64,000 nt of DNA from positions 1-64,000 of the IMG/VR virus record IMGVR_UViG_3300021399_000118; one strand, 5' to 3'. Below are positions 55,801 to 64,000 of this stretch, one piece after another. Source of the stretch: a virus. Its lineage: Duplodnaviria > Caudoviricetes. The number at the start of each line of letters is the position of its first letter. Within the stretch, counting starts at the first letter, position 1. A program made the translations under genes and the position numbers. The notes under the pieces were generated by a model. It did not search any database and was not told the DNA's origin. It was given only the letters and a program-made list of their open reading frames with translations.

Positions 55801-58440
55801 GGGGACATTCTGAGAGAAGGTTACTGGCAGGACGACAGTTATGTTCAGGGAGACGAAGCAAGGTTATACAACGACTGCCTGGATAACCTGAAGAGAGCTG
55901 CCCAACCGGAGATCCAATACTCCTTCGACTTCCTCGATCTTTACGGGTCAAATGTAGAGGACGAATACGGGTTGGAGGAGCTCAGCAATATCGAATGGCC
56001 TGACATTCAGATTACTGATGCAGCCCATCTTATCGACCCAGAAATTGGAGTCAATCAATGGGCTTATATCGACAAGCTGAACAAATGCTACGACCAGCCA
56101 TGGAAAACCACCATCGAAGTCAACACCCAACTGACCTTAATGGGCCAGCATGAATTCAAGGACGTGATGGCAAGAATCGCGGAAGTGGCCAGCGAAACAA
56201 AAGCCAAGCAGCAGGTCTATTCCCGGGCGGCCAACATCTCAACGGAAGGAACCATCTCAGGAGAGAAGGTCGAAGGTGAAATCAACACCAATGACGTTCA
56301 GATTACCGGACAGGGATGGAAGACCGACGAAAAGGGCAACATGATCCTGGAGTCGGCAGACGGGCTGGCGGCGATCAAGTTCAATGGATCGGGGCTGTCC
56401 ATCTCCACGAGAAAGAATACGGACGGAGACTGGATCTGGAAAGAACTTGGCACAGGGTTCGGCATCAGCGCAGATACCATCACCGCAGGGTTCATGAAGG
56501 GTGACCGGATCGAAGCACATACGATTACCGCAGATAAGCTGATGGCCAACGTTGGCAGCGAGCTGGATATCGGGTCCAATAAAGCCCTGAGTCTTTACGC
56601 AACATTAGACGGGCTGAAGCCAAGCGGCTCGATGAAAACCACAGATGGTATTATCGAAATCTATGCCGGAAGCGAAGATCCAAAGGAGCAATGGCAGAGA
56701 TATAAGGAATATCTAACCGGCGCTACAGTTGTTTACGACGACGGAACGCTGGGCAACAAAGATCCGTACTGGGTATGTCTTGAAGAGCACACAAGCGGAG
56801 ACAGCTTTGAGTATTCAAAGTGGAAACAGTACGATGGATATACCCCGGCTGTTATTGGCGTTCGTTCCGGCGGGCAAATTAATCTGATTGCAGACAGCGA
56901 TTCAGAAAACCCGAAGGAAGCGCCAAGTATTAATATCGCAACAGGCGGCTCTATCAACATGGCGGCTGAATCCAATATCAATATGTTGTCAGGGTCAGAT
57001 GTGAATATTGCTTCCGGCTCGAACATTAATATGATTGCTTTTGCGCAGGAGTATGAACCCTGGCTTGCAAACACGGTATATCATGTTGGAGACAAGCGCA
57101 TCCACGGAAATCGGATTTATGCTTGTAAGACAGCGCACACGTCCTCGGATACTTTCTACGAATCCGCTAACGGTACGATTTACTGGGAGCTGGATCCGGA
57201 GTATGAAAGCTTCCAGAGCTCCATTAATTTCGCAGCCGGAAGTCAGATTAACCTGCTCAGCGGTGCGGACATCAACATGGTCTCGGGGGCCAACCTAAAT
57301 ATGGCGGGTTCCAATATCAACATGGAGGCCGGATCTGAATTTAATATTTCAGCAGGAACATTCCGTGTATCGTCGGCTTCCGAACTTTTCATTGACTCCC
57401 CTAACTTTAAAGTTTTTCCTGGTCAGGGCGGCGCAACAAGCACTGTTGAAATCACGACTGTAGGAGGAGCTGTTGGCGGCTGGTATATCGGACCGGACCA
57501 CTTGGGAACAAGCGATAAGTTGGTTGACAGTAAGGTTGGGATGAGAAAATCCGAGGATGATAATACAGTTGTTTTCTGGGCAGGAGACAAAAACAAAAAC
57601 GACTCAAAAACAGATGCGCTGTTTTACGTAACAGCCGGGGGAAAGCTTCATTCTAGCGATGTTGAAATCACAAACGGCTCTATTGTCATTGGAGAAACAT
57701 CCAAGCCTGGCAACTACGTAACGACAATAACTCCAGAAGGTTTAACATCAACAAAGATTACTGTTCCAGCTAATGCTCTTATTCTGACAACCGGAACAGG
57801 ACAACAGACAGTTAACACACCTGCACTGCAGATGCTGACGGACATCAGCGAATTAAAAGAAACAGTTTCCGGAATTACTTCCGGCTCAACCTCCATATCA
57901 AACTTTTCTACAGATGGCTTCACAATCTCGGGAGACTCGTTCGTTATGAACGCAAGTGGAACCATGTCTTTAACAGCGGGATCAAGTCTCATTATGATGG
58001 CAGACGCATCGAATCCGGCAGTCACAATAACCCAGAACGGTTTTACTCTGGCAGGCGGAGCTACGGGTTCCGGGAGCTTTACAGGATCTTTCAGCGGAAC
58101 TATTGAGGCTGACGAACACAGCTCCTTAAACGGATGGACATTGGTTGGCGGATCGCTGTATCGAAGCGGGGTCTTCCTTGCGAATTATGCGAGCGACAGC
58201 CGCGCAGCATCCCCCAGAAACGAAAATGTGGCTGATCCAGACAAGATTTATTATGCGATGTGGATTGGGGCGGACTTCCCTGAAAATGCTCCGCTCAGCA
58301 CGCTTAAAGGTGAAGCCCCGTTCAGCATAGACAGCAAAGGTAATGTTTACGCTAACGGATTCTATCGAAGAGTTTGGAATATAAACGATTCTACAGGATT
58401 GTATGAAGCAACAGACACGCCAGTTTTATTTAACGAGTAA
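52819..58440 (+). CDS. tail tip/Tal-like host specificity protein with CBM5/12-like modules
   Basis: N-terminal prophage-tail pattern (LEGTGWKVG, TRLYGYG), GISADTITAG, two W..Y..G..V....Y.C...HTS....W repeats, beta-helix-like repeats. Confidence 0.8.
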   Translation: MQGRNRKLQIDVCDYTNKIVCPIYSNQTDVSGQATEVFINYERNGWKELTFKLPTRIYTEEGEEENFRLRYIVADYRIRVVTDYETDWFLITKDSIRHEAFSKNVQVTAGHISRLLKNRSLDLEFSDDEGNNVGTAKELVETILEGTGWKVGKVADFYEDDGTTIKIRSLNAPTKTGAFRLIEQVCELFEAKPVYRAEDENGEKSVDILPMNPFSELEPGEIPDAVYPGAEENQKYLVDSKVIELHYDRYIKNLERTTDTENISTRLYGYGSYGDYITKYCSIQTAEHNEYIFTVDQDYNDLTEFKISADVTRYFQASGLKSGNKLIWSDMDINSRRYVWNENQRVAYKIYTDHISAEPTVLESEAEKVMNYFPFLSDYTYYEKVGLLTDEMFQEVAAYQRDMADHYKKSIEAQAVINETNTALSYVGLPYSGYLKLDVEPMDHEDSVLTIRWSDDYSDGVIYRSDYYNKETKYFQWHVAQALKANGDPTSGAASILYVLKKNTDPIQWKAVYLRDIDGRVHSENGKTIHDGYDYALSEGDRPKVIQVWGNVQIEEGDDVYLFCRNSLSGKLGAKISEDEAILEKLEDVAKKITESNPTLFVDQDEPLPQVTFAGYGWCYQYNSKNHNEPGTMYFAWAERGDVDDNGYVAWKNVYYSETDPEPENGAYYFNTKYRTLWHGEEGEWYHLESAPEETKVAQMFSTIFMLCRQRDKVYKGLYENYYYTPDQIVPVGNYAFKTNFGYNWLFSTDQIVQKSTEEEPVSFRLNTVDGYVYQDNNIEHIRTAACYPYDALIYPEENDLAGATFLQGSIYVNEPNKNGTDMTSDRAYRSNNIPIWPNETYEYNLPADTCFIVLYDANRNYLSYIPNLISEGTFTTSVEAEYSDIVDPGKYIKYKKAKYMRIVVPSSAATIDELKSTYYVRLKGHDKCFFFDDQKYTVLEPVEPLETDEPTGINVLLRKFKTLTDKLYFEDIPALEDAQETIKKANNDQADVLGDILREGYWQDDSYVQGDEARLYNDCLDNLKRAAQPEIQYSFDFLDLYGSNVEDEYGLEELSNIEWPDIQITDAAHLIDPEIGVNQWAYIDKLNKCYDQPWKTTIEVNTQLTLMGQHEFKDVMARIAEVASETKAKQQVYSRAANISTEGTISGEKVEGEINTNDVQITGQGWKTDEKGNMILESADGLAAIKFNGSGLSISTRKNTDGDWIWKELGTGFGISADTITAGFMKGDRIEAHTITADKLMANVGSELDIGSNKALSLYATLDGLKPSGSMKTTDGIIEIYAGSEDPKEQWQRYKEYLTGATVVYDDGTLGNKDPYWVCLEEHTSGDSFEYSKWKQYDGYTPAVIGVRSGGQINLIADSDSENPKEAPSINIATGGSINMAAESNINMLSGSDVNIASGSNINMIAFAQEYEPWLANTVYHVGDKRIHGNRIYACKTAHTSSDTFYESANGTIYWELDPEYESFQSSINFAAGSQINLLSGADINMVSGANLNMAGSNINMEAGSEFNISAGTFRVSSASELFIDSPNFKVFPGQGGATSTVEITTVGGAVGGWYIGPDHLGTSDKLVDSKVGMRKSEDDNTVVFWAGDKNKNDSKTDALFYVTAGGKLHSSDVEITNGSIVIGETSKPGNYVTTITPEGLTSTKITVPANALILTTGTGQQTVNTPALQMLTDISELKETVSGITSGSTSISNFSTDGFTISGDSFVMNASGTMSLTAGSSLIMMADASNPAVTITQNGFTLAGGATGSGSFTGSFSGTIEADEHSSLNGWTLVGGSLYRSGVFLANYASDSRAASPRNENVADPDKIYYAMWIGADFPENAPLSTLKGEAPFSIDSKGNVYANGFYRRVWNINDSTGLYEATDTPVLFNE

Positions 58441-58453
58441 GAGGTAAAACAAA

Positions 58454-58816
58454 ATGATTAATATTGAACAGAGAGGCGCAGTCAGCGCCTATTTTGTTTT
58501 CGAAGATATCTACAAGCAAAAAATGAAACCAGCTATTGCGCTTCAGATCTTTCATTTAAGACAGCTGTTAAAAAAACAGTACGACTTTCAGATTGAAAGA
58601 GAGAAGCAAATCATTCAGGACTATCGAGGCGAAATGAAGCCCGACGGAAGTGTGTCCTTCCCGGATCAGGGCACAGTGGATCAGGTTCAGAATGAGCTGG
58701 ACGAACTCGCGAAAAGCATCGTGTCAATCGCGGCCGAGCCTATCGACCTGATGAAGGAAGACATTTTAATTAGTCCTGAAAACATCGAAAAAATCAGACC
58801 CTTTATCATTTTGTAA
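58454..58816 (+). CDS. hypothetical protein (tail fibre chaperone-like)
   Basis: Helical 120-aa ORF after Tal; GAGGT RBS. Confidence 0.6.
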   Translation: MINIEQRGAVSAYFVFEDIYKQKMKPAIALQIFHLRQLLKKQYDFQIEREKQIIQDYRGEMKPDGSVSFPDQGTVDQVQNELDELAKSIVSIAAEPIDLMKEDILISPENIEKIRPFIIL

Positions 58817-58828
58817 GCACGAAAGGAA

Positions 58829-59302
58829 GTGATTTTCATGAGAAGGTGTTCATTTCATCCAGGAGACACAGTTGTGTTCGATCTTACGATCCCTTTCGCC
58901 AAAGAAGACTTAGAAGCGGTTGAGGTTTCCTTTCGGAACAACAACGCTGTTGTGTTCGAAGTGGAGATCACTTCCTTTCAGGCGAAAGGCGACAAAACAA
59001 GAATCGGATTCACGATGACTCAGGAAGAGTCTCTCCTGTTTAACGAAAACGATATTTACAGAATGCAGCTCAATGTTTACGGAGCTAACGGTTCCAGGTC
59101 TGCGTCTAAGGAATATGACGTATGCACGCTGTCTCAGCAGATTCCGGAGCCAAGAAGAAGTCAGGTTACAACTTCTTCGATGGATTACAATGCTCTTGCA
59201 AACAAGCCGCAGATCAACAGCGTTGAGCTGGCCGGAAACAGAGCTCTGCCTGAGACTGCTATCACTTCCCAGCAAATTGAAGATATTATTTCTTCAACAT
59301 GA
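58829..59302 (+). CDS. baseplate/tail accessory protein
   Basis: TQEESL motif; DYNAL.NKPQINSVEL.GN fibre-type motif. Confidence 0.65.
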   Translation: MIFMRRCSFHPGDTVVFDLTIPFAKEDLEAVEVSFRNNNAVVFEVEITSFQAKGDKTRIGFTMTQEESLLFNENDIYRMQLNVYGANGSRSASKEYDVCTLSQQIPEPRRSQVTTSSMDYNALANKPQINSVELAGNRALPETAITSQQIEDIISST

Positions 59303-59317
59303 AAGGAGAGGTGACAT

Positions 59318-60877
59318 ATGGCATTAATTGAAAACTTCGATGTGGATTTTGAAGATTATATTATTTTCCACAGGGGTATTTCTGAAGTCAAGGTCATGGG
59401 TGACAACCATATGCATGTTATCTATCAGGATGGGTACGACCAGGACCTTGGGGATCCATACGGAGACGACGTAAGAAAATATTTCAGAGACGCGGAAGCC
59501 GCGAAAAATGCGGCTCTGGCTGCACAGCAGGGAGCAGAGCAGGCAAAGAATGATGCCAACGGGTGTGTAACTCAGATTACAACCAAACTGTCTGAAATTG
59601 GCGACTTCTGGGATAAAATCGCGGAAGCGCAGGAAAAATATGAAGGTATGAAGCAAGCGCTAAGCGACGCGAAAACCGCAGCGGATGAGGCAGTCGGACA
59701 AGTTCAAGCCCAGGCTAAGCGGGCAGAAGACGCAGCAGATGCAGCGGAAAACACCTCCAACAGCATTGTATACGAAGCGGAAGCCTGGGCTCAGGGCACA
59801 AGAGGCGGAGTGCCCGTTCCGGATGAAGATCCAATCAAAACTCAAAACGCCAAATATTATGCGAATACCGTAGAAATACGGGCTGAAGTCTGGGCTACAG
59901 GGCAAATGAACGGAGTTGATGTTCCGGATTCAGATGATCATTCTGCCCCGGATATTAACAACAATGCCAAATACTATAAGGTTAAAGCAGACGAGAACAG
60001 GGCAAGAGCTGCCTATTATGCAGTTGGAGGAATTCAATCCTATACAGGAATTCACCATACGCCAACAACTCCAGAACTTCATGTTATTTCTCAAGATAAA
60101 ATTTCGTGGACAAACTCAGCAGGAAATCAAACAAACGTTGAAATGTCTGCAAAAAAGTTTGCCGAGTTAGCAAAGCAGGAAGCAACATATTCTGCAGAAA
60201 GCGCGACAAATGCAAATAATATATTAGCTGAAGTAAACAACGTTGCCCAAGAATATGTTAAACCGTTAGACCAGCTTGACGGGATTACGAAAGACGAAGA
60301 AACAGGAAATTATAGTATTGACCCCATTCCGAATGAGTATATTGATATGTATTTTGCGCTGCTCAATCCTTCTCTTGTATCAGGCACAGAATACTATATG
60401 CTGACAAAGAACATCGCAGATTTCTCAGGCGAATATGAAATCTATTATAACGATGTGATTCCTAAATATCAGGAAGCCTACGACGAAATGGCAGGGCAAG
60501 CATCAAGCGGAAGTCTGACGCCGGAAGAGCAAAGAGCATTGGAAGAAGAGATTGAAAATCTCCAAGAATGGTTCTCTTCTCATGCTCCGATTAGAATTGT
60601 GGATCAGCCGCAAGATCAAGCTGTCGCGCTGTATGAAAGCGCAAGATTTTTTGTTACAGCAGAGAATGTACTTTCTTATACCTGGCAGGAATCTATGGAT
60701 GGCACTTCTTGGTATTCAAATGATTTTCAAGGCAATGAGTGTGTAAAGAAAGCGACTGAAGAAAACTATGGTTTAATGCTTAAATGCGTCTTAACAGGAT
60801 ATGGCGGGCAAACATTGGAAACAGACATTGCAACTCTTTTAGAACCTGAAGAGCAGGAGGCTGAGACAAATGAGTAA
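59318..60877 (+). CDS. tail fibre-associated protein with repeats and a C-terminal Ig-like domain
   Basis: AE.WA.G...NAKYY repeats; IVDQPQD...YTWQ.S.DG Ig-like motif. Confidence 0.7.
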   Translation: MALIENFDVDFEDYIIFHRGISEVKVMGDNHMHVIYQDGYDQDLGDPYGDDVRKYFRDAEAAKNAALAAQQGAEQAKNDANGCVTQITTKLSEIGDFWDKIAEAQEKYEGMKQALSDAKTAADEAVGQVQAQAKRAEDAADAAENTSNSIVYEAEAWAQGTRGGVPVPDEDPIKTQNAKYYANTVEIRAEVWATGQMNGVDVPDSDDHSAPDINNNAKYYKVKADENRARAAYYAVGGIQSYTGIHHTPTTPELHVISQDKISWTNSAGNQTNVEMSAKKFAELAKQEATYSAESATNANNILAEVNNVAQEYVKPLDQLDGITKDEETGNYSIDPIPNEYIDMYFALLNPSLVSGTEYYMLTKNIADFSGEYEIYYNDVIPKYQEAYDEMAGQASSGSLTPEEQRALEEEIENLQEWFSSHAPIRIVDQPQDQAVALYESARFFVTAENVLSYTWQESMDGTSWYSNDFQGNECVKKATEENYGLMLKCVLTGYGGQTLETDIATLLEPEEQEAETNE

Positions 60878-61058
60878 TTATTTAGATGAGCAAGGCCTTG
60901 CTCTTTTATGGAACAAGATCGTTGCAAGATTCAATTCTTATGTTCCAAATATTCCGAGTCTTAACGCGGACGAAATCGACACTGTTTTCGATCAGTCTGT
61001 TTATCCAGCCGCAGACAACAACCAAGAAAACGATACTTCAGAAAACGATGAACCTTAA
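60870..61058 (+). CDS. small tail-associated protein
   Basis: YLDEQGL..LW.KI motif shared with the next genes. Confidence 0.65.
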   Translation: MSNYLDEQGLALLWNKIVARFNSYVPNIPSLNADEIDTVFDQSVYPAADNNQENDTSENDEP

Positions 61059-61075
61059 GAAAGGAGGCGCAGATT

Positions 61076-61399
61076 ATGGGCTTTTTAAATGAATCCGGAT
61101 TGGGACATCTTATTTATAAATTTAAAACTGTGCTTCTTGGACAGCCAAACGGAGTTGCGCCTCTGGATTCCAGCAGAAAAGTTCCTGTTCAAAATTTACC
61201 GTATATGACAGGGACAAACGGAAGTTCTCTCGGCTTATCCGGCATCGTTCCAACTCCAAACCCCGGAGATGAGGTTAAGTTTCTGCGAGGAGATGGAACG
61301 TGGGCCGGAATGCCGGTTGTCTATACTGCCTCAGACGTTAGCGATCCCGGGACCTATCCCAACGGAACAATCTGGTTGAAGCAGAAGGCTTCGAGTTGA
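61076..61399 (+). CDS. small tail-associated protein
   Basis: FLNESGL, NGVAPLD..KVP..LP, FLRGDGTW fibre motifs. Confidence 0.7.
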   Translation: MGFLNESGLGHLIYKFKTVLLGQPNGVAPLDSSRKVPVQNLPYMTGTNGSSLGLSGIVPTPNPGDEVKFLRGDGTWAGMPVVYTASDVSDPGTYPNGTIWLKQKASS

Positions 61400-61412
61400 G
61401 GGGTGGGATAAT

Positions 61413-62582
61413 ATGGCAACTGAAATTATCGCAGGACTTGGAGATGCGGCAGCTGGGTATATTAGCCAAGGAGTTCATAACATTTGGAACTGGGCAGGCG
61501 CATCAGGCACAGTAACGCTCGCTTCAAATCAATATCCAACAAAAATACAAATTTTTCATAATAATTCAGCTGTTGGTGGAAGTTTATATGATGCTGAGAG
61601 CCCCGGCAAAGTGTGGAATAACGCTTCCGGCACGGAAACGACTCGAGTTGCAAATTTATTTTTAACGAGCAGTGGAAACGCCAGTGAATCTTATCGAATT
61701 GGACAATGGTACACACAAGTTCACGATTATCCAGTGTCAACCAGTTCAGGAGCCACTCAAGTAAAAATAAATCGTCAATTTGATTATAATGGCGCTGAAG
61801 CAACAATCAGTAACGGAAAAGCTCTCGCAGGAAAAACACTTGCTATATATTTTACAGGCTCTCTCGATGTTATTTTTCAATATTCGGCAAAAATCAAAAT
61901 CACGTTAGGGACGTTGTATTCTGTTACGCCAAGTCAAACAACAGGCGGAACTATTAAGGTTAACAATGGCACAAGTGCTGTTTATATGACTGCTGGAGAG
62001 CAAGTTACGTTAAGCGCCACCCCAGCTTCAGGATATGAATTTGTCCGTTGGAACGTCAGCCCTTCTGCAACCATTTCTGGCAACACATTAACTGTTCCAA
62101 GCAGCAACGTTACTGTTTCCGCTACGTTTCAACTAATTCACACACTTAAATGGGCAACTCCAAATTCGTTAACCGTAGCGCAAAATGATTATAAATTGAC
62201 CGCAAAGTTAACCGGTCATGCTACAGACACACGAAGCCACACAATAACTTATAAGCTTTATGGATACAACGGTGCAGGACAAAGAATTTTTAACGAAACA
62301 TTTGGTGCTGAGTCCAATAACGTCAGAACAGTTCAAATTCCAATAACTGACGCAAACATCGGCGTGCAATATACTTTTAAGGCTTATGCGGTTTGCAGCG
62401 CAGACAGTGCCGAAGGGCCTCCATATACTATTACACCAAAAAATGTCCATAAAACAGTTCAATATCGTGTGAACGGCCAATGGGTTGAGTGTATTCCCTA
62501 TTACAGAATCAACGACAGATGGCAAGAAGTAGAACCATACTATCGAAACGAAGGGATATGGATTCCCTGTTCCAAAACTTAA
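61413..62582 (+). CDS. putative receptor-binding/adhesin protein with an InlB-B-repeat-like domain
   Basis: VTLSATPASGYEFVRW...VTVSATF; C-terminal Y..NG.W repeats. Confidence 0.65.
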   Translation: MATEIIAGLGDAAAGYISQGVHNIWNWAGASGTVTLASNQYPTKIQIFHNNSAVGGSLYDAESPGKVWNNASGTETTRVANLFLTSSGNASESYRIGQWYTQVHDYPVSTSSGATQVKINRQFDYNGAEATISNGKALAGKTLAIYFTGSLDVIFQYSAKIKITLGTLYSVTPSQTTGGTIKVNNGTSAVYMTAGEQVTLSATPASGYEFVRWNVSPSATISGNTLTVPSSNVTVSATFQLIHTLKWATPNSLTVAQNDYKLTAKLTGHATDTRSHTITYKLYGYNGAGQRIFNETFGAESNNVRTVQIPITDANIGVQYTFKAYAVCSADSAEGPPYTITPKNVHKTVQYRVNGQWVECIPYYRINDRWQEVEPYYRNEGIWIPCSKT

Positions 62583-62603
62583 ACGAAAGGAGGAGTGCCA
62601 ACT

Positions 62604-64000
62604 ATGCCCATTACAGACGACAAAGGTCAGAAAAAGTTTCTTGACTCAGACGGGCTAAGTTCAATTTTAATCAAGCTTAAAACCTATATCCAGGATTCCA
62701 TCCAGACTGAGTCGGATGAGACACAGGTCAAGCTTAACAGCAAACTCAACAAACCAAACGAGGCTGGATACGAAGGCCAGGTTTTGAAAGTCGGGCAGGA
62801 TGGAAATCCTACCTGGGCGACACAGCAGTCACCTTCCGACAGTCAAGTCAGGGTGGCTGTTTATTCTTATCTGGAAAGCCATCCAACTATTCCGGCAGAA
62901 GTCGAAGACGGCTCTGTTACACAAGCCAAGCTAAGCACCGATCTTCAGCAAAAAATCGGAAACATCGCTACGCTCAGCACAAACGTCACAAATCTTCAAA
63001 CAAAAGCAGATGAGCTTGACGATGACTTAACGGCGGCCGAAGAAAGCATTACTACGCTTCAGAGCAAGGTTTCAACACTTGAAACCGGAGCTCAGACATT
63101 TACTTCTGATATCAGCGACATTCAGGACGATATTGCCGGTATTCAGGAAATCATTCCGAACTACAGCACAACCGCCCAGATGACAGCCGCAATCGAAAAC
63201 TATCTCGAGAGCGACATTGCGGACAGGTTTGATTCCGAAAAGGTCTACCTTGAAGGAGATTACGCTGTTCACGACGGCAAGCTTGTTGTCGCAAAAGAGA
63301 CTTTGTCTCCCGGAGAATGGAACGCGGAAAACTGGGAAGAGATCAAGATCGTCGATCTGATCGAGCTTCTCTCGACGGACATTCAGAACATCTCGACCGC
63401 GGCTCAGAACCATGTAAGCATTCTGCCGGAACAAGGTTTGACTTCTGAAGAAAAGACCGCAGCCCGGGCGAATATTGACGCTGCAAGCACGACGGATGTG
63501 ACAGCAGTACAAGGATCTGTCCAGGATTTACAGCAGGATTTAGAGGCGTTTGAGGACGAGGTCTCTGGTCTTATTGAACAAGGCGTTGGCCAGAGCATCC
63601 GGTACGATCAAGCTCAGACGTTGACGGACGAACAGAAGACTCAGGCCAGGGCTAATGCCGGCGCGGCCAGCTCGGCTGAAGTCGCAAACGTCCGGTCTGC
63701 AGTCGGAGACATTCAAACCCAAATTTCCCAGATGGGAGACCGGGTTACCGAAGTTGAAGCTGTTGAAGGCGGCATCCAGGTCACCTATGGAAACGGAGAC
63801 ACATCCAACATCCCGATCGAAGCGGGATCAGAACTGAACTCTGTCAGCTACGACGAAAACTACTATCTGCATTTCTACGACAAAAATGGAGATGAGTTGT
63901 ATGACGGACCGTTCTTTATTCAGGGTGGAGGCGGCGGAGGCGGCACCTCCGGCGGCATGGCAACCATTACCAGAATCACAGGAACTCCGCTGGACTGTGT
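62604..64000 (+). CDS. tail fibre-like protein, truncated by the window end
   Basis: AAAGGAGG RBS; MPITDDKGQKKFLDSDGL...; DGSVT..KL and Q.LT.E.K..AR.N repeats; appears open to the end of the window. Confidence 0.7.
   Translation, partial: MPITDDKGQKKFLDSDGLSSILIKLKTYIQDSIQTESDETQVKLNSKLNKPNEAGYEGQVLKVGQDGNPTWATQQSPSDSQVRVAVYSYLESHPTIPAEVEDGSVTQAKLSTDLQQKIGNIATLSTNVTNLQTKADELDDDLTAAEESITTLQSKVSTLETGAQTFTSDISDIQDDIAGIQEIIPNYSTTAQMTAAIENYLESDIADRFDSEKVYLEGDYAVHDGKLVVAKETLSPGEWNAENWEEIKIVDLIELLSTDIQNISTAAQNHVSILPEQGLTSEEKTAARANIDAASTTDVTAVQGSVQDLQQDLEAFEDEVSGLIEQGVGQSIRYDQAQTLTDEQKTQARANAGAASSAEVANVRSAVGDIQTQISQMGDRVTEVEAVEGGIQVTYGNGDTSNIPIEAGSELNSVSYDENYYLHFYDKNGDELYDGPFFIQGGGGGGGTSGGMATITRITGTPLDC

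Noticed and set aside
61413-64000. Diversity-generating retroelement target in the fibre genes
   Set aside because: No reverse transcriptase and no template/variable repeat pair visible in this window
1-64000. Alternative genetic code or stop-codon readthrough
   Set aside because: Genes are long and intact in the standard code, and no suppressor tRNA was found (the TAA anticodon reads Leu TTA)

Overview
A 64-kb segment of a large tailed phage. RBS usage and gene order point to a Firmicutes-type host and an SPbeta-like siphovirus organisation; both are inferences. Positions 1-18.8 kb are mostly minus-strand early or accessory genes: two SSBs, two HTH regulators, a tandem array of 13 small proteins sharing a C-terminal acidic '(V/I)SxEEYxN(V/I)LFEG' tag, a macrodomain protein, RNase H, three tRNAs, several tRNA-like RNAs with UGCAA T-loops, and a YonO/RdRP-like single-subunit RNA polymerase (DYDGD). 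A repeat-rich divergence point lies at about 18.85-19.1 kb. Positions 19.25-64 kb are the plus-strand virion module: terminase, portal, protease/scaffold, capsid, head-tail proteins, tail tube, a frameshifted tail chaperone, a 5450-aa tape measure protein, Dit, Tal and fibre proteins. An AT-rich minus-strand moron interrupts this module. The strongest signal is in the tape measure protein: its N-terminal part (about aa 480-1030) carries a second two-barrel RNA polymerase domain (DEDGD) that is colinear, motif for motif, with the free polymerase. This suggests a tape-measure-fused virion RNAP paired with a non-virion RNAP. All calls come from reading the sequence by eye; no database searches were run.
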